The notes under the pieces are model-generated. The model saw only the letters and a program-made list of their open reading frames with translations, had not been told where the DNA came from and did no database searches. Positions 20,525-30,218 of a stretch of DNA of 64,000 bases are shown one piece after another. Source of the stretch: an uncultured Acidobacteriota bacterium (GTDB lineage: Bacteria > Acidobacteriota > Terriglobia > UBA7540). The DNA lies in contig CAWDSK010000008.1 of the NCBI GenBank assembly GCA_963804995.1, positions 94,907-158,906 of the forward strand, given 5' to 3'. The position numbers and the translations under genes were made by a program. How positions within the stretch are numbered: position 1 is the stretch's first letter; each line of letters opens with the position of its first letter.

Positions 20525-22564
20525 ATGCGGTCGTTAAGAGTCTGGCTTGCCCTGGTTCTGCTTTGCCTTTTGTCGCTGGTCGTCGTGGCGTCGCCGCCGG
20601 GTTCAGAGCACAGTTTTGATCTTTCCAACCTGGATCGGAGCTGCGCCCCTTGCAAGGATTTCAACCAATTTGCCAACGGCGGATGGCTGGCGAAGAATCC
20701 CATTCCCGCCGCTTACCCGAGTTGGGGGGTTGATAACCTTGTGGACGAGCGCAACCAGGAGATTCTGCACCAGATCCTCGAAGACGCTGCGAAGAACCCG
20801 GGGGCCACCCGGGGAAGCAATGAACAGAAAATCGGCGACTATTACGGAAGTTGCATGGACACGGCCAAGATTGAAAGCGCCGGCCTTAAACCCTTGCAGC
20901 CGGAGTTTGACCGCATCGCGAGGCTTTCAGATGCCAAAAGCCTCGAAGACGAGATTGCCCACCTGCAAGGCATGGGAGTGCAAGCTCTCTTTGCAGTAGA
21001 TTCGACCCAGGACTTTAAGGATAGCAGCCAGGTAACAGGGGAAGTCGACCAAGGGGGCCTGGGCTTGCCTGACCGCGATTACTACACCCGTGACAACGAA
21101 AAATCCAAAGAGCTGCGTGCCGAGTACGTTAAGCACGTCACCAAAATGTTTGAACTGATGGGTGGCAGCCCGGCGAAGGCCGCCGCCGAATCCCAGGTGG
21201 TCATGGAGCTGGAAACGAAACTGGCCAAGGCTTCACAAACCAACGTGGAGCGCCGCGATCCCCAGACCGTTTACCACCGCATGCCTCAGGCCGGGCTTAA
21301 AATGCTGGCGCCCCAATTCCCTTGGGAGGATTACTTCACGGCCGTGAGTTTGGCGGGAAAGGGCGACGTGAATGTGACGGCCCCCGACTTCTTTAAAGAG
21401 ATGAACGCCCTGGTGGCGTCGGAGTCCATGGCCAACTGGAAGACTTACCTGCGCTGGCACCTGATTGACGCGTCGGCGCGCAACTTATCCTCGCCATTTG
21501 TCGATGAGAATTTCCATTTCAAGGGCACCATACTTTCCGGTACGAAAGAAAACTTGCCGCGCTGGAAGCGCTGCGTCCGCTACACCGACGGCGCCCTGGG
21601 TGAGGTGCTAGGGCAAGTATATGTTCAGAAAGCTTTTCCCCCGGAGGCCAAAGCGCGGGCCCTGGCGATGGTGAAGAACCTGGAAGCAACCTTGGCTGAT
21701 GACCTTCGCCAGCTTCCGTGGATGAGCGAAGCGACGCGCCAGCAGGCACTGATCAAGCTCCAGGCGATTACCAACAAGATCGGCTACCCCGACAAGTGGC
21801 GGGACTATTCCGCGCTCGAAGTCGACCGCCGCCCCTTTGTGGAAAACGCCTTCCGCGCAGAGGAATTCGAGTTCCAGCGGATCCTGAATAAAGTCGGGAA
21901 GCCTGTAGACCGCGGGGAATGGGATATGACTCCACCCACCGTAAATGCCTACTACAATCCCCAACTGAATGAAATTGTTTTTCCGGCCGGAATCCTTCAG
22001 CCCCCCTTCTTTGATTACGAGGCTGACGAAGCGCTCAACTATGGCTCCATGGGATCGGTGATTGGGCACGAGATGACCCACGGCTTCGACGATGAGGGCG
22101 CCCAGTTTGATCCTCAGGGCAATTTGAAGGATTGGTGGACTCCCGCCGACCTGAAGGAATTTAAGGCGCGCGGGGAGTGCATCGTGAAACAGTTTGACGG
22201 CTTCAAGGTGGAAGACAAGCTGCACGAAAACGGCAAGCTGGTCGAGGGCGAAAGCATTGCGGACCTGGGCGGACTGGTAATCGCTTACACGGCCTTTGAG
22301 AAGTCCCTGGCCGGCAAGCCCCGGCCGCCGGAGATCGATGGGTTCACCCCCGAACAGCGCTTCTTCCTCGGCTATGCGCGGGGGTGGGAGGAGAACATGC
22401 GGCCGGAACGCGCGCGTATGCTGACGAACGTTGATCCGCACCCGCTGCCGAAATTTCGCGTCATCGGCCCGCTTTCCAACTTTCCGGCGTTTGCCCAGGC
22501 CTTCCATTGCCAGGCCGGCGACGCCATGGCGCGCCCGGCCGGAGATCGTTGCGCGATTTGGTAA
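20525..22564 (+). CDS. M13 family zinc metallopeptidase (PepO/neprilysin-like)
   Basis: Signal peptide, VNAYY, GHEMTHGFDD, GESIADLGG. Confidence 0.95.
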   Translation: MRSLRVWLALVLLCLLSLVVVASPPGSEHSFDLSNLDRSCAPCKDFNQFANGGWLAKNPIPAAYPSWGVDNLVDERNQEILHQILEDAAKNPGATRGSNEQKIGDYYGSCMDTAKIESAGLKPLQPEFDRIARLSDAKSLEDEIAHLQGMGVQALFAVDSTQDFKDSSQVTGEVDQGGLGLPDRDYYTRDNEKSKELRAEYVKHVTKMFELMGGSPAKAAAESQVVMELETKLAKASQTNVERRDPQTVYHRMPQAGLKMLAPQFPWEDYFTAVSLAGKGDVNVTAPDFFKEMNALVASESMANWKTYLRWHLIDASARNLSSPFVDENFHFKGTILSGTKENLPRWKRCVRYTDGALGEVLGQVYVQKAFPPEAKARALAMVKNLEATLADDLRQLPWMSEATRQQALIKLQAITNKIGYPDKWRDYSALEVDRRPFVENAFRAEEFEFQRILNKVGKPVDRGEWDMTPPTVNAYYNPQLNEIVFPAGILQPPFFDYEADEALNYGSMGSVIGHEMTHGFDDEGAQFDPQGNLKDWWTPADLKEFKARGECIVKQFDGFKVEDKLHENGKLVEGESIADLGGLVIAYTAFEKSLAGKPRPPEIDGFTPEQRFFLGYARGWEENMRPERARMLTNVDPHPLPKFRVIGPLSNFPAFAQAFHCQAGDAMARPAGDRCAIW

Positions 22565-22569
22565 ACGCA

Positions 22570-23079
22570 GCCGCAGATCAACGCAGATGAACGCAGATAG
22601 CAAGAAATTCGAACACCAAGAGCTCACGCGAAAGATCATCGGTGTGTTCTACGATGTGTACAACGAGCTTGGCTACGGGTTTTTGGAGTCCGTCTATGAA
22701 GAGGCGATGGCCATCGCGCTTCGACAGGCGGGGTTGGGGGTGGAACGGCAGGTTTCGCTGAAAGTCAAGTTTCGCGGAGAGGTAGTCGGGGATTTTCGCG
22801 CGGACATGGTTTTAGAACGCGCCGTCATCTTGGAATTGAAAGCAGCTTCCGCCATAGATTCGGCGCATGAGGCGCAGTTATTGAACTATCTGCGAGCCAC
22901 CGAAATCGAAATAGGCCTGTTGCTCAACTTCGGGCCAAAACCGCAGTTCAAGCGCCTGGCCTTTGCCAACGAAAGAAAGGGCAAGCCGCAGATCAACGCA
23001 GATGAACGCGGATGAACGGAGATCGAAAGCATTGAAGGGCTCTTCTTAAAATCCGCGTTCATCTGCGTTGATCTGCGGC
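22570..23079. repeat. 10-nt-period repeat frame around the GxxExxY gene (direct copies 22570-22598 and 22985-23013, inverted copy 23051-23079)
   Basis: GCCGCAGATCAACGCAGATGAACGC identical at both gene ends; 29-bp perfect inverted copy downstream. Confidence 0.9.
22587..23015 (+). CDS. GxxExxY protein (PD-(D/E)XK nuclease superfamily)
   Basis: LGYGFLESVYEEA, FRADM, ILELKA, AQLLNYLRAT, GLLLNFG. Confidence 0.92.
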   Translation: MNADSKKFEHQELTRKIIGVFYDVYNELGYGFLESVYEEAMAIALRQAGLGVERQVSLKVKFRGEVVGDFRADMVLERAVILELKAASAIDSAHEAQLLNYLRATEIEIGLLLNFGPKPQFKRLAFANERKGKPQINADERG

Positions 23080-23117
23080 CAAGGTTTTCTGCGGTTTTTC
23101 CAGTTGCAATGCCTTGC

Positions 23118-23576
23118 TTAAGCGCCCTGAGCAGCGGGGATATCACGCGGCCGGCTTGGCGGACTTTTTTGGAGTTCAAACTGCAAGTCGCGAAGCTCCG
23201 CGATATTCATTCGAGAAATCTGTTCCAGAATCGTAAGGCCACGGCGTGTCAGATGTACTTTGACGAAGCGCCGATCGTGCTCGCCGGGCAGCTTGCGAAC
23301 CAGTCCCCGTTCGACGGCCCGCTGCACAAGTCCCACGACGGCGTTATGGCGTTCTTGTAAAAACTCGGCAAGTTCGGAGATAGTCGCCCAGCCACGGCCG
23401 GTGTAGCCAGCCACTCCCAGCAGAAGTTGGTGCTGCTGCGGGGTGATGCCGCAGGTGCGCGACGCCCTCTCGCTGAAACCGAGGAAGCAACGCACCCGGT
23501 AGCGAAACCAGGCGAGGCGTCGAATCGCCTCGGGCCTAAGCGGAGGGGTATCGACGGAGGAGGTGCGACGTTTCAT
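23118..23576 (-). CDS. MarR family transcriptional regulator
   Basis: ITPQQHQLLL...TISELAE...GLV...DRRFVKVHLT winged helix. Confidence 0.88.
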   Translation of the reverse strand: MKRRTSSVDTPPLRPEAIRRLAWFRYRVRCFLGFSERASRTCGITPQQHQLLLGVAGYTGRGWATISELAEFLQERHNAVVGLVQRAVERGLVRKLPGEHDRRFVKVHLTRRGLTILEQISRMNIAELRDLQFELQKSPPSRPRDIPAAQGA

Positions 23577-23585
23577 ACCCCAACA

Positions 23586-23606
23586 TTATATCACAATGTG
23601 ATTTAA
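23586..23606. promoter_or_regulatory. Probable MarR autoregulatory operator TTATATCACAATGTGATTTAA
   Basis: 21-bp palindrome (one mismatched pair) about 10 nt upstream of the MarR start. Confidence 0.6.
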
Positions 23607-23688
23607 ATAGGCGTGTGTTTGCGGGGCTATTGCGGCTTTATGCCGCCGTTTGGGTTCAGTTTCCGAGCTCTGGTTGAACTCGCCCGTC

Positions 23689-24525
23689 TCAAGAATTGAG
23701 GATGTAGGTTTCGATAGCGAGGGCCACGCCATTATCGTCGCTCGAGGCGGTGATGAGCCACTCGGGTCGCTCCAGGCCCGCGCAGTGATTCCCCATCAGA
23801 ACCGGCAGGCCGGCGAACTCCAGCATCTCCAGGTCATTAAAGTTGTCGCCGATGGCCATGATCTCGCTGGGAGCAAGGTTGCACTTTGCCGCCCAGAACC
23901 TCAAGGCCTTTCCCTTCGAACATCCGCGGTTCATGATGTCGAGCAGAGCGATGTCGCGCGCCGGGTATTTGGTCCAGGTCAGGTGAACGTGGGGGGCAAT
24001 CTCCGAGTCGCGGACCAGGGCTTCGGCGGGTTCGATGCGCGCCAAGGGGCCGCCGATCATGAGCTGGACGGGGTCGGTGTCGATGCTAGCTTCGAGGTGC
24101 GCCACCAGCAGCAGGTGATCCAAACTAGTCTTCACATACCACCCCAGGGGGCCTTCCATAATGGCGCTGTCCTCCATGACGACCTGCCCGCGACCGGGGA
24201 CGTGAAAGATGGCAACCGTGTAAGGCCGATATTCCACCACCACACGGAGAGCCTGAAGGGCAACTTCGCGGGGCAGGAAATCCTGGTAGACCACTTCGCC
24301 GGAGGGCGTGCGGATTAACGCGCCGTTCGAGGTAATGGTCGTGACCGGGCAGGGGATTTGCGATACATAGGGCGCCGCAGCAAGAGGCCTGCGTCCCGTA
24401 AGCACGACGATCTGAACCCCCCGCTCGGACGCGGCGACGAGGGCCTGGCGGTCCTGCTCCGAAATTTCCCATCGACTGTTGATGAGCGTGCCGTCAAGGT
24501 CAAGGGCGATGAGGCGGATCGACAT
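23689..24525 (-). CDS. Cof-type HAD-IIB hydrolase
   Basis: LIALDLDGTL, TGRR, SKG, AIGDNFNDLEML. Confidence 0.92.
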   Translation of the reverse strand: MSIRLIALDLDGTLINSRWEISEQDRQALVAASERGVQIVVLTGRRPLAAAPYVSQIPCPVTTITSNGALIRTPSGEVVYQDFLPREVALQALRVVVEYRPYTVAIFHVPGRGQVVMEDSAIMEGPLGWYVKTSLDHLLLVAHLEASIDTDPVQLMIGGPLARIEPAEALVRDSEIAPHVHLTWTKYPARDIALLDIMNRGCSKGKALRFWAAKCNLAPSEIMAIGDNFNDLEMLEFAGLPVLMGNHCAGLERPEWLITASSDDNGVALAIETYILNS

Positions 24526-24556
24526 GAGAGAGGAAGATTCTAGCAGATTTCCGGAG

Positions 24557-24728
24557 GCAGGAGTTAGGAGCTAGTAACTTGAAGTTAGGATTTAGGAGCT
24601 AGGAATTGGAAGCGAGGAGTCAGGAGCGACAGGTCAGGAATCAGAGTGGGGACTGCGTCTTGTGATTTCTTACTCCTATCTCCTAACTTCTCGCTCCTAA
24701 CTTCTACCTCCGAGCTTCTAACTTCTGC
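24557..24728. repeat. 7-mer inverted array (AGGAGTT/AGGAGCT vs AACTTCT/CTCCTAA)
   Basis: Tandem heptamers on both arms in the divergent intergenic region. Confidence 0.8.
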
Positions 24729-24743
24729 TAGACTCGCAATCTC

Positions 24744-25931
24744 ATGTCCTTCCTGACGCATCTAGAGTGCGCCCGTTGCGGCAAGCAGTTTGCGGCGGGG
24801 CAGGTCCACAACGTGTGTGAGTGTGGCTCGCCGCTCCTGGCGCGCTATGACCTCGAGCGTGCTCGGACGATGTTCCAGCCCGAGAGCCTGAAGTCGCGGC
24901 CCCCGGACCTGTGGCGGTACCGGGAGGTTTTGCCGGTTACCCGTGAATCTGCAATTGTCAGTCTCGGCGAGGGCTACACCCCACTGTTGCATGCCCGTCG
25001 CCTGGGCGACAAGCTGGGCGTGCCGAATCTGTATCTCAAAGACGAATCGCAGAATCCGACGGGCTCGTTTAAGGCGCGCGGCATGGCGGTTGCGGTCAGC
25101 ATGGCGCGGGAGTTGGGAATCCAGCGGCTGGCGGTCCCTTCAGCGGGGAATGCGGGCGGCGCCATGGCGGCTTACGCGGCCAAAGCGGGAATGGAGGCGG
25201 CGGTTTACATGCCGGAAGGGACGCCTCTGGCCAATCGTCTGGAATGCCAGTTGCACGGGGCGCGCGTCACTCTGGTTCCCGGCAGCATCAAAGATTGTGG
25301 GGGCGTGATGCGCGAGAGTCTGAAGGGGGAGAATTGGTTCGATGTCTCGACCCTGCGCGAGCCTTACCGGCTGGAAGGGAAGAAGACCATGGCCTATGAG
25401 GTCTTTGAACAACTTGGCGGCCGCTTGCCTGACGCCATGATCTACCCCACCGGGGGCGGCACGGGACTGATCGGCATGTGGAAAGCTTTTAGCGAAATGC
25501 ATGAGCTGGGATGGATTGGTGAGCGCCGTCCACGCATGTTCAGCGTCCAGGCCCAAGGGTGCGCGCCGATGGTTCGCGCCTTCGTGAAGGGGACCGAAAC
25601 CGCGGAGGAGTGGAAGAATCCGGAAACCCTGGCCTCCGGGCTGCGTGTGCCGGCGGGAATTGGCGATTTCCTGATTCTGCGTGCCCTGCGCGAAAGCCGG
25701 GGCGTGGCGCTCGCGGTTTCTGACCACGACATGCTGGCGAGCGTGCGCGAAATCGCCGAGACGGAAGGGCTCATCACCTCACCTGAAGGCGGAGCGACCT
25801 TGGCGGGGCTTAAGAAGCTGCTGTGGGACGGCTTTCTGGGCGGGCATGAATCGATCGTCCTCTTCCTTACGGCCACGGGGTACAAGTACCTGGAGGCGCT
25901 CGACACTATCGACACCTATCGCGTCAACTAA
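24744..25931 (+). CDS. thrC: Threonine synthase (PLP fold II)
   Basis: SLGEGYTPL, NPTGSFKARG, SAGNAG, EGKKT, PTGGGTG. Confidence 0.85.
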   Translation: MSFLTHLECARCGKQFAAGQVHNVCECGSPLLARYDLERARTMFQPESLKSRPPDLWRYREVLPVTRESAIVSLGEGYTPLLHARRLGDKLGVPNLYLKDESQNPTGSFKARGMAVAVSMARELGIQRLAVPSAGNAGGAMAAYAAKAGMEAAVYMPEGTPLANRLECQLHGARVTLVPGSIKDCGGVMRESLKGENWFDVSTLREPYRLEGKKTMAYEVFEQLGGRLPDAMIYPTGGGTGLIGMWKAFSEMHELGWIGERRPRMFSVQAQGCAPMVRAFVKGTETAEEWKNPETLASGLRVPAGIGDFLILRALRESRGVALAVSDHDMLASVREIAETEGLITSPEGGATLAGLKKLLWDGFLGGHESIVLFLTATGYKYLEALDTIDTYRVN

Positions 25932-25937
25932 ACAGCT

Positions 25938-27129
25938 ATGGCTAAAACCGAACGTCTTTACTACACCGACTGCTATCTGCGGGAATTCTCAGCGCAGGTC
26001 ATCCGCATGAGCCCCGACGCCAAAGGGGTGCGCGTGTTTCTTGACCGTACCGCCTTCTACCCTGAGTCCGGAGGGCAAGCGGTTGACCACGGCACGCTTG
26101 CCGGGATTCCCATCCTCGATATTGTGGACGAGGGTGATGAAATCGCCCATGTGCTTGCGGAGAGTCCGGCGACGGAGACTGTCGAAGGAATCATCGACTG
26201 GACCCGGCGATTCGATCACATGCAACAGCACACGGGCCAGCACGTGCTTTCGGCGGCGTTTGAAAAAGCGGGCGGCTACAAGACGGTTTCCTTTCACCTG
26301 GGGACGGAAATTTCAACCATCGACCTCGATTCCGACCGCGTGGGCGTAAGGCAAATCGAAACGGCGGAGGAGCTCGCCAATCAAATCGTTTTTGAGAATC
26401 GGCCCGTCCAACTTTCCTTCCGGGCCTCGGCGGAGGCGAACCAGTTGGATTTGCGGAAACCCACTTATCGCGAGGGCGACATACGCCTGGTGGAAGTCCA
26501 GGGATTCGACCTCTCGGCCTGCGGGGGGACGCATGTCAGCCAGACCGGCGCGATCGGCCTGATCGCCATCCGAAAAGTGGACCACACCAAAGGTCTGACG
26601 CGGATTGCCTTTGTGTGTGGAGGCCGTGCCCTGCGGCGGGCTCGGCAGGATTTTACGATTCTGACGGAAGCGGCGCGCTTGTTCTCAGCCGGCCTCGAGG
26701 ATGTTCCGGCGCTCATCACCAAACAGGGGCAAGAGCTGCGTGAAGCGGCACGACTTCGCGACAATTTAGTGGAGGACCTGGCGAAGCTTGAAGCCGCGCA
26801 GTTGTGGCAGAGCGCGCTGGAGCGAGCCGGAGTGCGCGTGGTGCGCCGCAGCTTTGAAACCGAGGAAGGGAAGAAAGCCAAGCTGATTGCACACGCCGTG
26901 GTGAAGCACCCCTCCGCCGTAGCCTTTATAGGTGTCAAGGGTAAGCCGGCCACGCTTCTCTTTTTGCAATCGCCGGATGGAAATCTGAGCATGGCCGAAA
27001 TCTTGAAGCAGATACTGGCGAAATTTGGTGGGAAGGGCGGCGGGTCGAAGGATTTCGCTCAAGGTGGCGGGTTGCCGGAGGAAGAGCTCGAAGGCAGCTT
27101 TGGGTTGGGCGGAAAGCTTGTTGCCCTGA
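25938..27129 (+). CDS. AlaX-like alanyl-tRNA editing protein with DHHA1 domain
   Basis: TAFYPESGGQ, QQHTGQH, CGGTH, GGKGGG..AQGG; probable extra base near 27093, corrected end ...WAESLLP* at 27129 avoids overlap with the tRNA. Confidence 0.85.
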
Positions 27130-27184
27130 AGGTTGGCGCGTCTTCGCCGCCCGTGTTATATTTCTTAGCAGCTTTGCATCGAGT

Positions 27185-27260
27185 GGGCGCGTAGCTCAGT
27201 TGGGAGAGCGCGGCGTTCGCAACGCTGAGGTCGAGGGTTCGAATCCCTTCGCGTCCACCA
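27185..27260 (+). tRNA. tRNA-Ala (anticodon CGC)
   Basis: 76-nt cloverleaf, GGGCGCG/CGCGTCC acceptor with G3:U70, loop TTCGCAA, GGTTCGAATCC, encoded CCA. Confidence 0.97.
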
Positions 27261-27419
27261 ATAGCCCTGATCCCACTTTGCTTCCTGTATAATCGATGTA
27301 GTGCGTCGCAGGCAACGGTACATGTAGCGCTGACCTTGAGGTCGGCATGTATCCCGACAGGTCGGGACGCTACGACATTGCCGACGCCGCAGATTTCGGT
27401 GTCAGGTGCAAAGCGCCCT

Positions 27420-27728
27420 ATGCGATGCCCTAAATGTTCTCAAGAAAATTCGGAGAAGATTGTTTATTGTGTGCGCTGCCACACGCCGTTGAGGTATACG
27501 TGTCCCTCGTGCAAAAACGTGCAGGCGCATGGTGGAACTTGCGAAAAGTGCGGTGTTGATTTTAACAAGTATGCGGCGATGCTGGTTTTCCGTGCCAAGG
27601 ATAATGCTGCCGCGGAGCGCCAGCGCACCAAGGATCGGACCGCCATAGTGCGGCAGATCCTGCTGCTTCCCATTACCGGTGGACTTTCGCTTTTTAAGTA
27701 TTTTGCCGGAAAGATGCGCGGGGACTAA
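27420..27728 (+). CDS. Double zinc-ribbon small protein
   Basis: CPKC, CVRC, CPSC, CEKC then a hydrophobic C-terminus. Confidence 0.75.
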   Translation: MRCPKCSQENSEKIVYCVRCHTPLRYTCPSCKNVQAHGGTCEKCGVDFNKYAAMLVFRAKDNAAAERQRTKDRTAIVRQILLLPITGGLSLFKYFAGKMRGD

Positions 27729-27785
27729 GGCTTTTCCCCTTCGGGCCTACGTATAACGTTTTGGAACCTCCCGTCCAGCGGGTCG

Positions 27786-29402
27786 CTACTTTTGCCCCTT
27801 AATCGCCACGTAGCGCTTGGCCTTCGCCAAAAGTTCCTTGGCCTGCGGCATGCTTTCCATGGCTTTCTGGACGAGCGGGTCGTTCTCAATGCTGATTTTG
27901 TCGGCTTCGTTTTCGCCGAAGATCGAGGCCACCAACTGAATGTCAATGCGGGTCTTGATGAAGTCCAGGTTGTCTTTCAGGTCCTGGTCGGAAAACGTGA
28001 TTTTTTCCTTGTCCAGAAACTGCCGGAATTCACCCAACACCTCGTCGGTCACCTGGAAATCCCGGGGAATGGTTTTGTGCACTCCCAGGTAATACTTGCC
28101 GAAGTTGAAGAAGGCGCTGTGCTGGAGCAGCATTTCCTGCGTCGGCGTCATCTTGGGGTCGGGAACGCGCACGTCCGGGGTAATTCCGCCTCCTCCGTAC
28201 ACTTCCCGCCCGCCATCGGTCAGGCGGACTTCGGAATGGTTCTGCTTGGTATGCTCCGGGTGATAGTAGTAATCGTAGAGTGAAACATTTTCATAGTCGC
28301 GCTGAATCAGGCGTCCGCTGGGGGTGTAATAGTGGGCGGTGGTCAGTGCTAACCCAGTGTGTTCGCTGAGGGGATAGACGGTCTGGACCAGGCCTTTTCC
28401 GAAGCTCGGCTCGCCCATTACCAGTGCCCGGTCGTGATCTTGCAAGGCCCCGCTGACGATCTCCGCCGCGCTGGCGGTCATACGGTTTATCAACACCACG
28501 ATAGGATACTCATTGCCATTGTCGCCCTTGGTGGCGTAATACCGTTTTTCCTGCGAATGCCTTCCGTAGTGGTAAACGATAAGCTGGCTTTTTTCCAGGA
28601 AGTGGTCGGAGACTTCCACAGCCTCTTGCAGCAAGCCACCGGGGTTCCCGCGCAGATCGAGAATCAGTCCCTGCAGGTTCTTATCGCCGAGCTTCTTCAG
28701 CATCTCGGACAGTTCATCGTTGGTATTCTCATTGAACTTGTTGATGTGAATGTAAGCGATACCGGGCCGAGCAATGAAGCCGTCATCCACGCTTTTTTGG
28801 GAGATCTCATCGCGGACAATATCGTATTCGAGGGATTGGTCGTAGCCTTCGCGATTGATCGTGACATGAACCTTGGTTCCCTTGGGGCCCTTGAGCATTT
28901 CGGCTACCTGCGAGGTGTTTAAGCCCTCGGTAGATTTGCCGTCCACCTTCGCCACGATGTCACCCGGGCGCAAGCCGGCGCGGAATGCCGGGGAGCCGGG
29001 AATCGGCGCCACTACGACCGTAATCAACTTGCCCATCTTGCCGGGGCGGGCTGAGATCGACATTCCCACGCCGTAGTATTTGCCTTCCTGATCTTCCCGC
29101 AACAGGGCGAAGGCGCGGGGGTCGAAGAAATTGGAGTGAGGATCGAGGGTTCGCAGTGCGCCGGGGATCGCCCCTACGTTGCCGTTGGTGGGGCCGTAAA
29201 TCGCCCGGTCGGGGTCGACGGGGTCAGCGTAGTTCTGCTCAATCACATTATAAATCTGCGTGAAGGCATTCAAACTGGACTTAACGTCTGTGTCATCGTT
29301 TCCGGCTGTAGCTTCCACTTGCCGCCCGTAAATACCGCCCAAAAGCGCACACAGAAGCACCGTCGAAAAGATGAACCAAACCACCCGACGCGCATGTTTC
29401 AT
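27786..29402 (-). CDS. S41 family C-terminal processing peptidase (CtpA-like)
   Basis: PDZ domain, LDLRGNPGG, TASAAEI, SFGKGLVQ, YYTPSGR. Confidence 0.93.
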   Translation of the reverse strand: MKHARRVVWFIFSTVLLCALLGGIYGRQVEATAGNDDTDVKSSLNAFTQIYNVIEQNYADPVDPDRAIYGPTNGNVGAIPGALRTLDPHSNFFDPRAFALLREDQEGKYYGVGMSISARPGKMGKLITVVVAPIPGSPAFRAGLRPGDIVAKVDGKSTEGLNTSQVAEMLKGPKGTKVHVTINREGYDQSLEYDIVRDEISQKSVDDGFIARPGIAYIHINKFNENTNDELSEMLKKLGDKNLQGLILDLRGNPGGLLQEAVEVSDHFLEKSQLIVYHYGRHSQEKRYYATKGDNGNEYPIVVLINRMTASAAEIVSGALQDHDRALVMGEPSFGKGLVQTVYPLSEHTGLALTTAHYYTPSGRLIQRDYENVSLYDYYYHPEHTKQNHSEVRLTDGGREVYGGGGITPDVRVPDPKMTPTQEMLLQHSAFFNFGKYYLGVHKTIPRDFQVTDEVLGEFRQFLDKEKITFSDQDLKDNLDFIKTRIDIQLVASIFGENEADKISIENDPLVQKAMESMPQAKELLAKAKRYVAIKGQK

Positions 29403-29476
29403 GAATTGGCAGCTCCTCAGCCCTGCAATGTCAGTATAACATAGGGTTGCGAGGCCGGAAAGCGGCCCCCGACCAC

Positions 29477-29586
29477 GGTGGTGTCTCAGTTTCAGGATGT
29501 AGCGGCGAGTTTACCTCGCCATATGGCGGCGTCCCGATCAGATCGGGATAAATGCCGCCGCCTATACGTCAAACTGAGACACTACC
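29477..29586. mobile_element. Miniature TIR-bounded element enclosing a GTAG-REP doublet
   Basis: GGTGGTGTCTCAGTTT ... AAACTGAGACACTACC (15/16 inverted match). Confidence 0.6.
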
Positions 29587-29749
29587 CCAGTCCACCCTCG
29601 CTCAACAGTATGATGCCGGGGGAGCGCTAAGGGTTCGATGGAACGATTGGGGGCAGGGCAGCGGGGTGGGGCGAGGCGCCCAAACGATCGAAGCACTCTG
29701 GTAATACCGCAACTTGACGTATGTCCCGTAAATATGGGAAACTCTTTTC

Positions 29750-30001
29750 ATGAAGACTACGCTTGAAATTCCGGATCCCATCTTTCGCCGGGCGAAATCC
29801 GCGGCTGCCGAGCGCGGCGTCCCGCTGCGTGAATTTGTAACGCAAGCGGTCAAGGAAAAGCTGGCGGCCGATTCCACGCCTGCCCAGAGGCCCTGGGTGA
29901 AGCACATGGGCAAACTGAAGCATCTGCACCAGGAGACGGAGCGCATCAACCGTCTGATCGAAGCGGACTCCGAGAAAATTGATGCGGAGATGTGGCGTTG
30001 A
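29750..30001 (+). CDS. VapB-like ribbon-helix-helix antitoxin
   Basis: MKTTLEIPDPIFRRAKSAAA; directly upstream of a PIN remnant. Confidence 0.8.
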   Translation: MKTTLEIPDPIFRRAKSAAAERGVPLREFVTQAVKEKLAADSTPAQRPWVKHMGKLKHLHQETERINRLIEADSEKIDAEMWR

Positions 30002-30182
30002 TATCGACGAGGAGACCACCCATCACTACGCCAGTATTGGCTTGGAGTTGAAAAGATCAGGCAAGCCGATTCCCGCTAACGACCTCTGGATAGCCGCGCT
30101 CTGCCGCCAGCATTCCCTGCCGCTGATAAGCCGCGACCGCCACTTTGATGTGGTTAAGGGTCTTGAACGAATCGATTGGTGA
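29998..30182 (+). pseudogene. vapC: VapC PIN toxin, N-terminally deleted
   Basis: Only DIDEETTHHYA...GKPIPANDLWIAALCRQH...SRDRHF is present; the N-terminal D-T-N/S motif is absent. Confidence 0.8.
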
Positions 30183-30218
30183 GGGTTTGGGAGCTGGCCG
30201 AGACTGCCGCCGAACCAT

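Noticed and set aside
27185..27420. tRNA-Ala as an integration site for a genomic island
   Set aside because: No integrase and no duplicated tRNA 3' end found in the window
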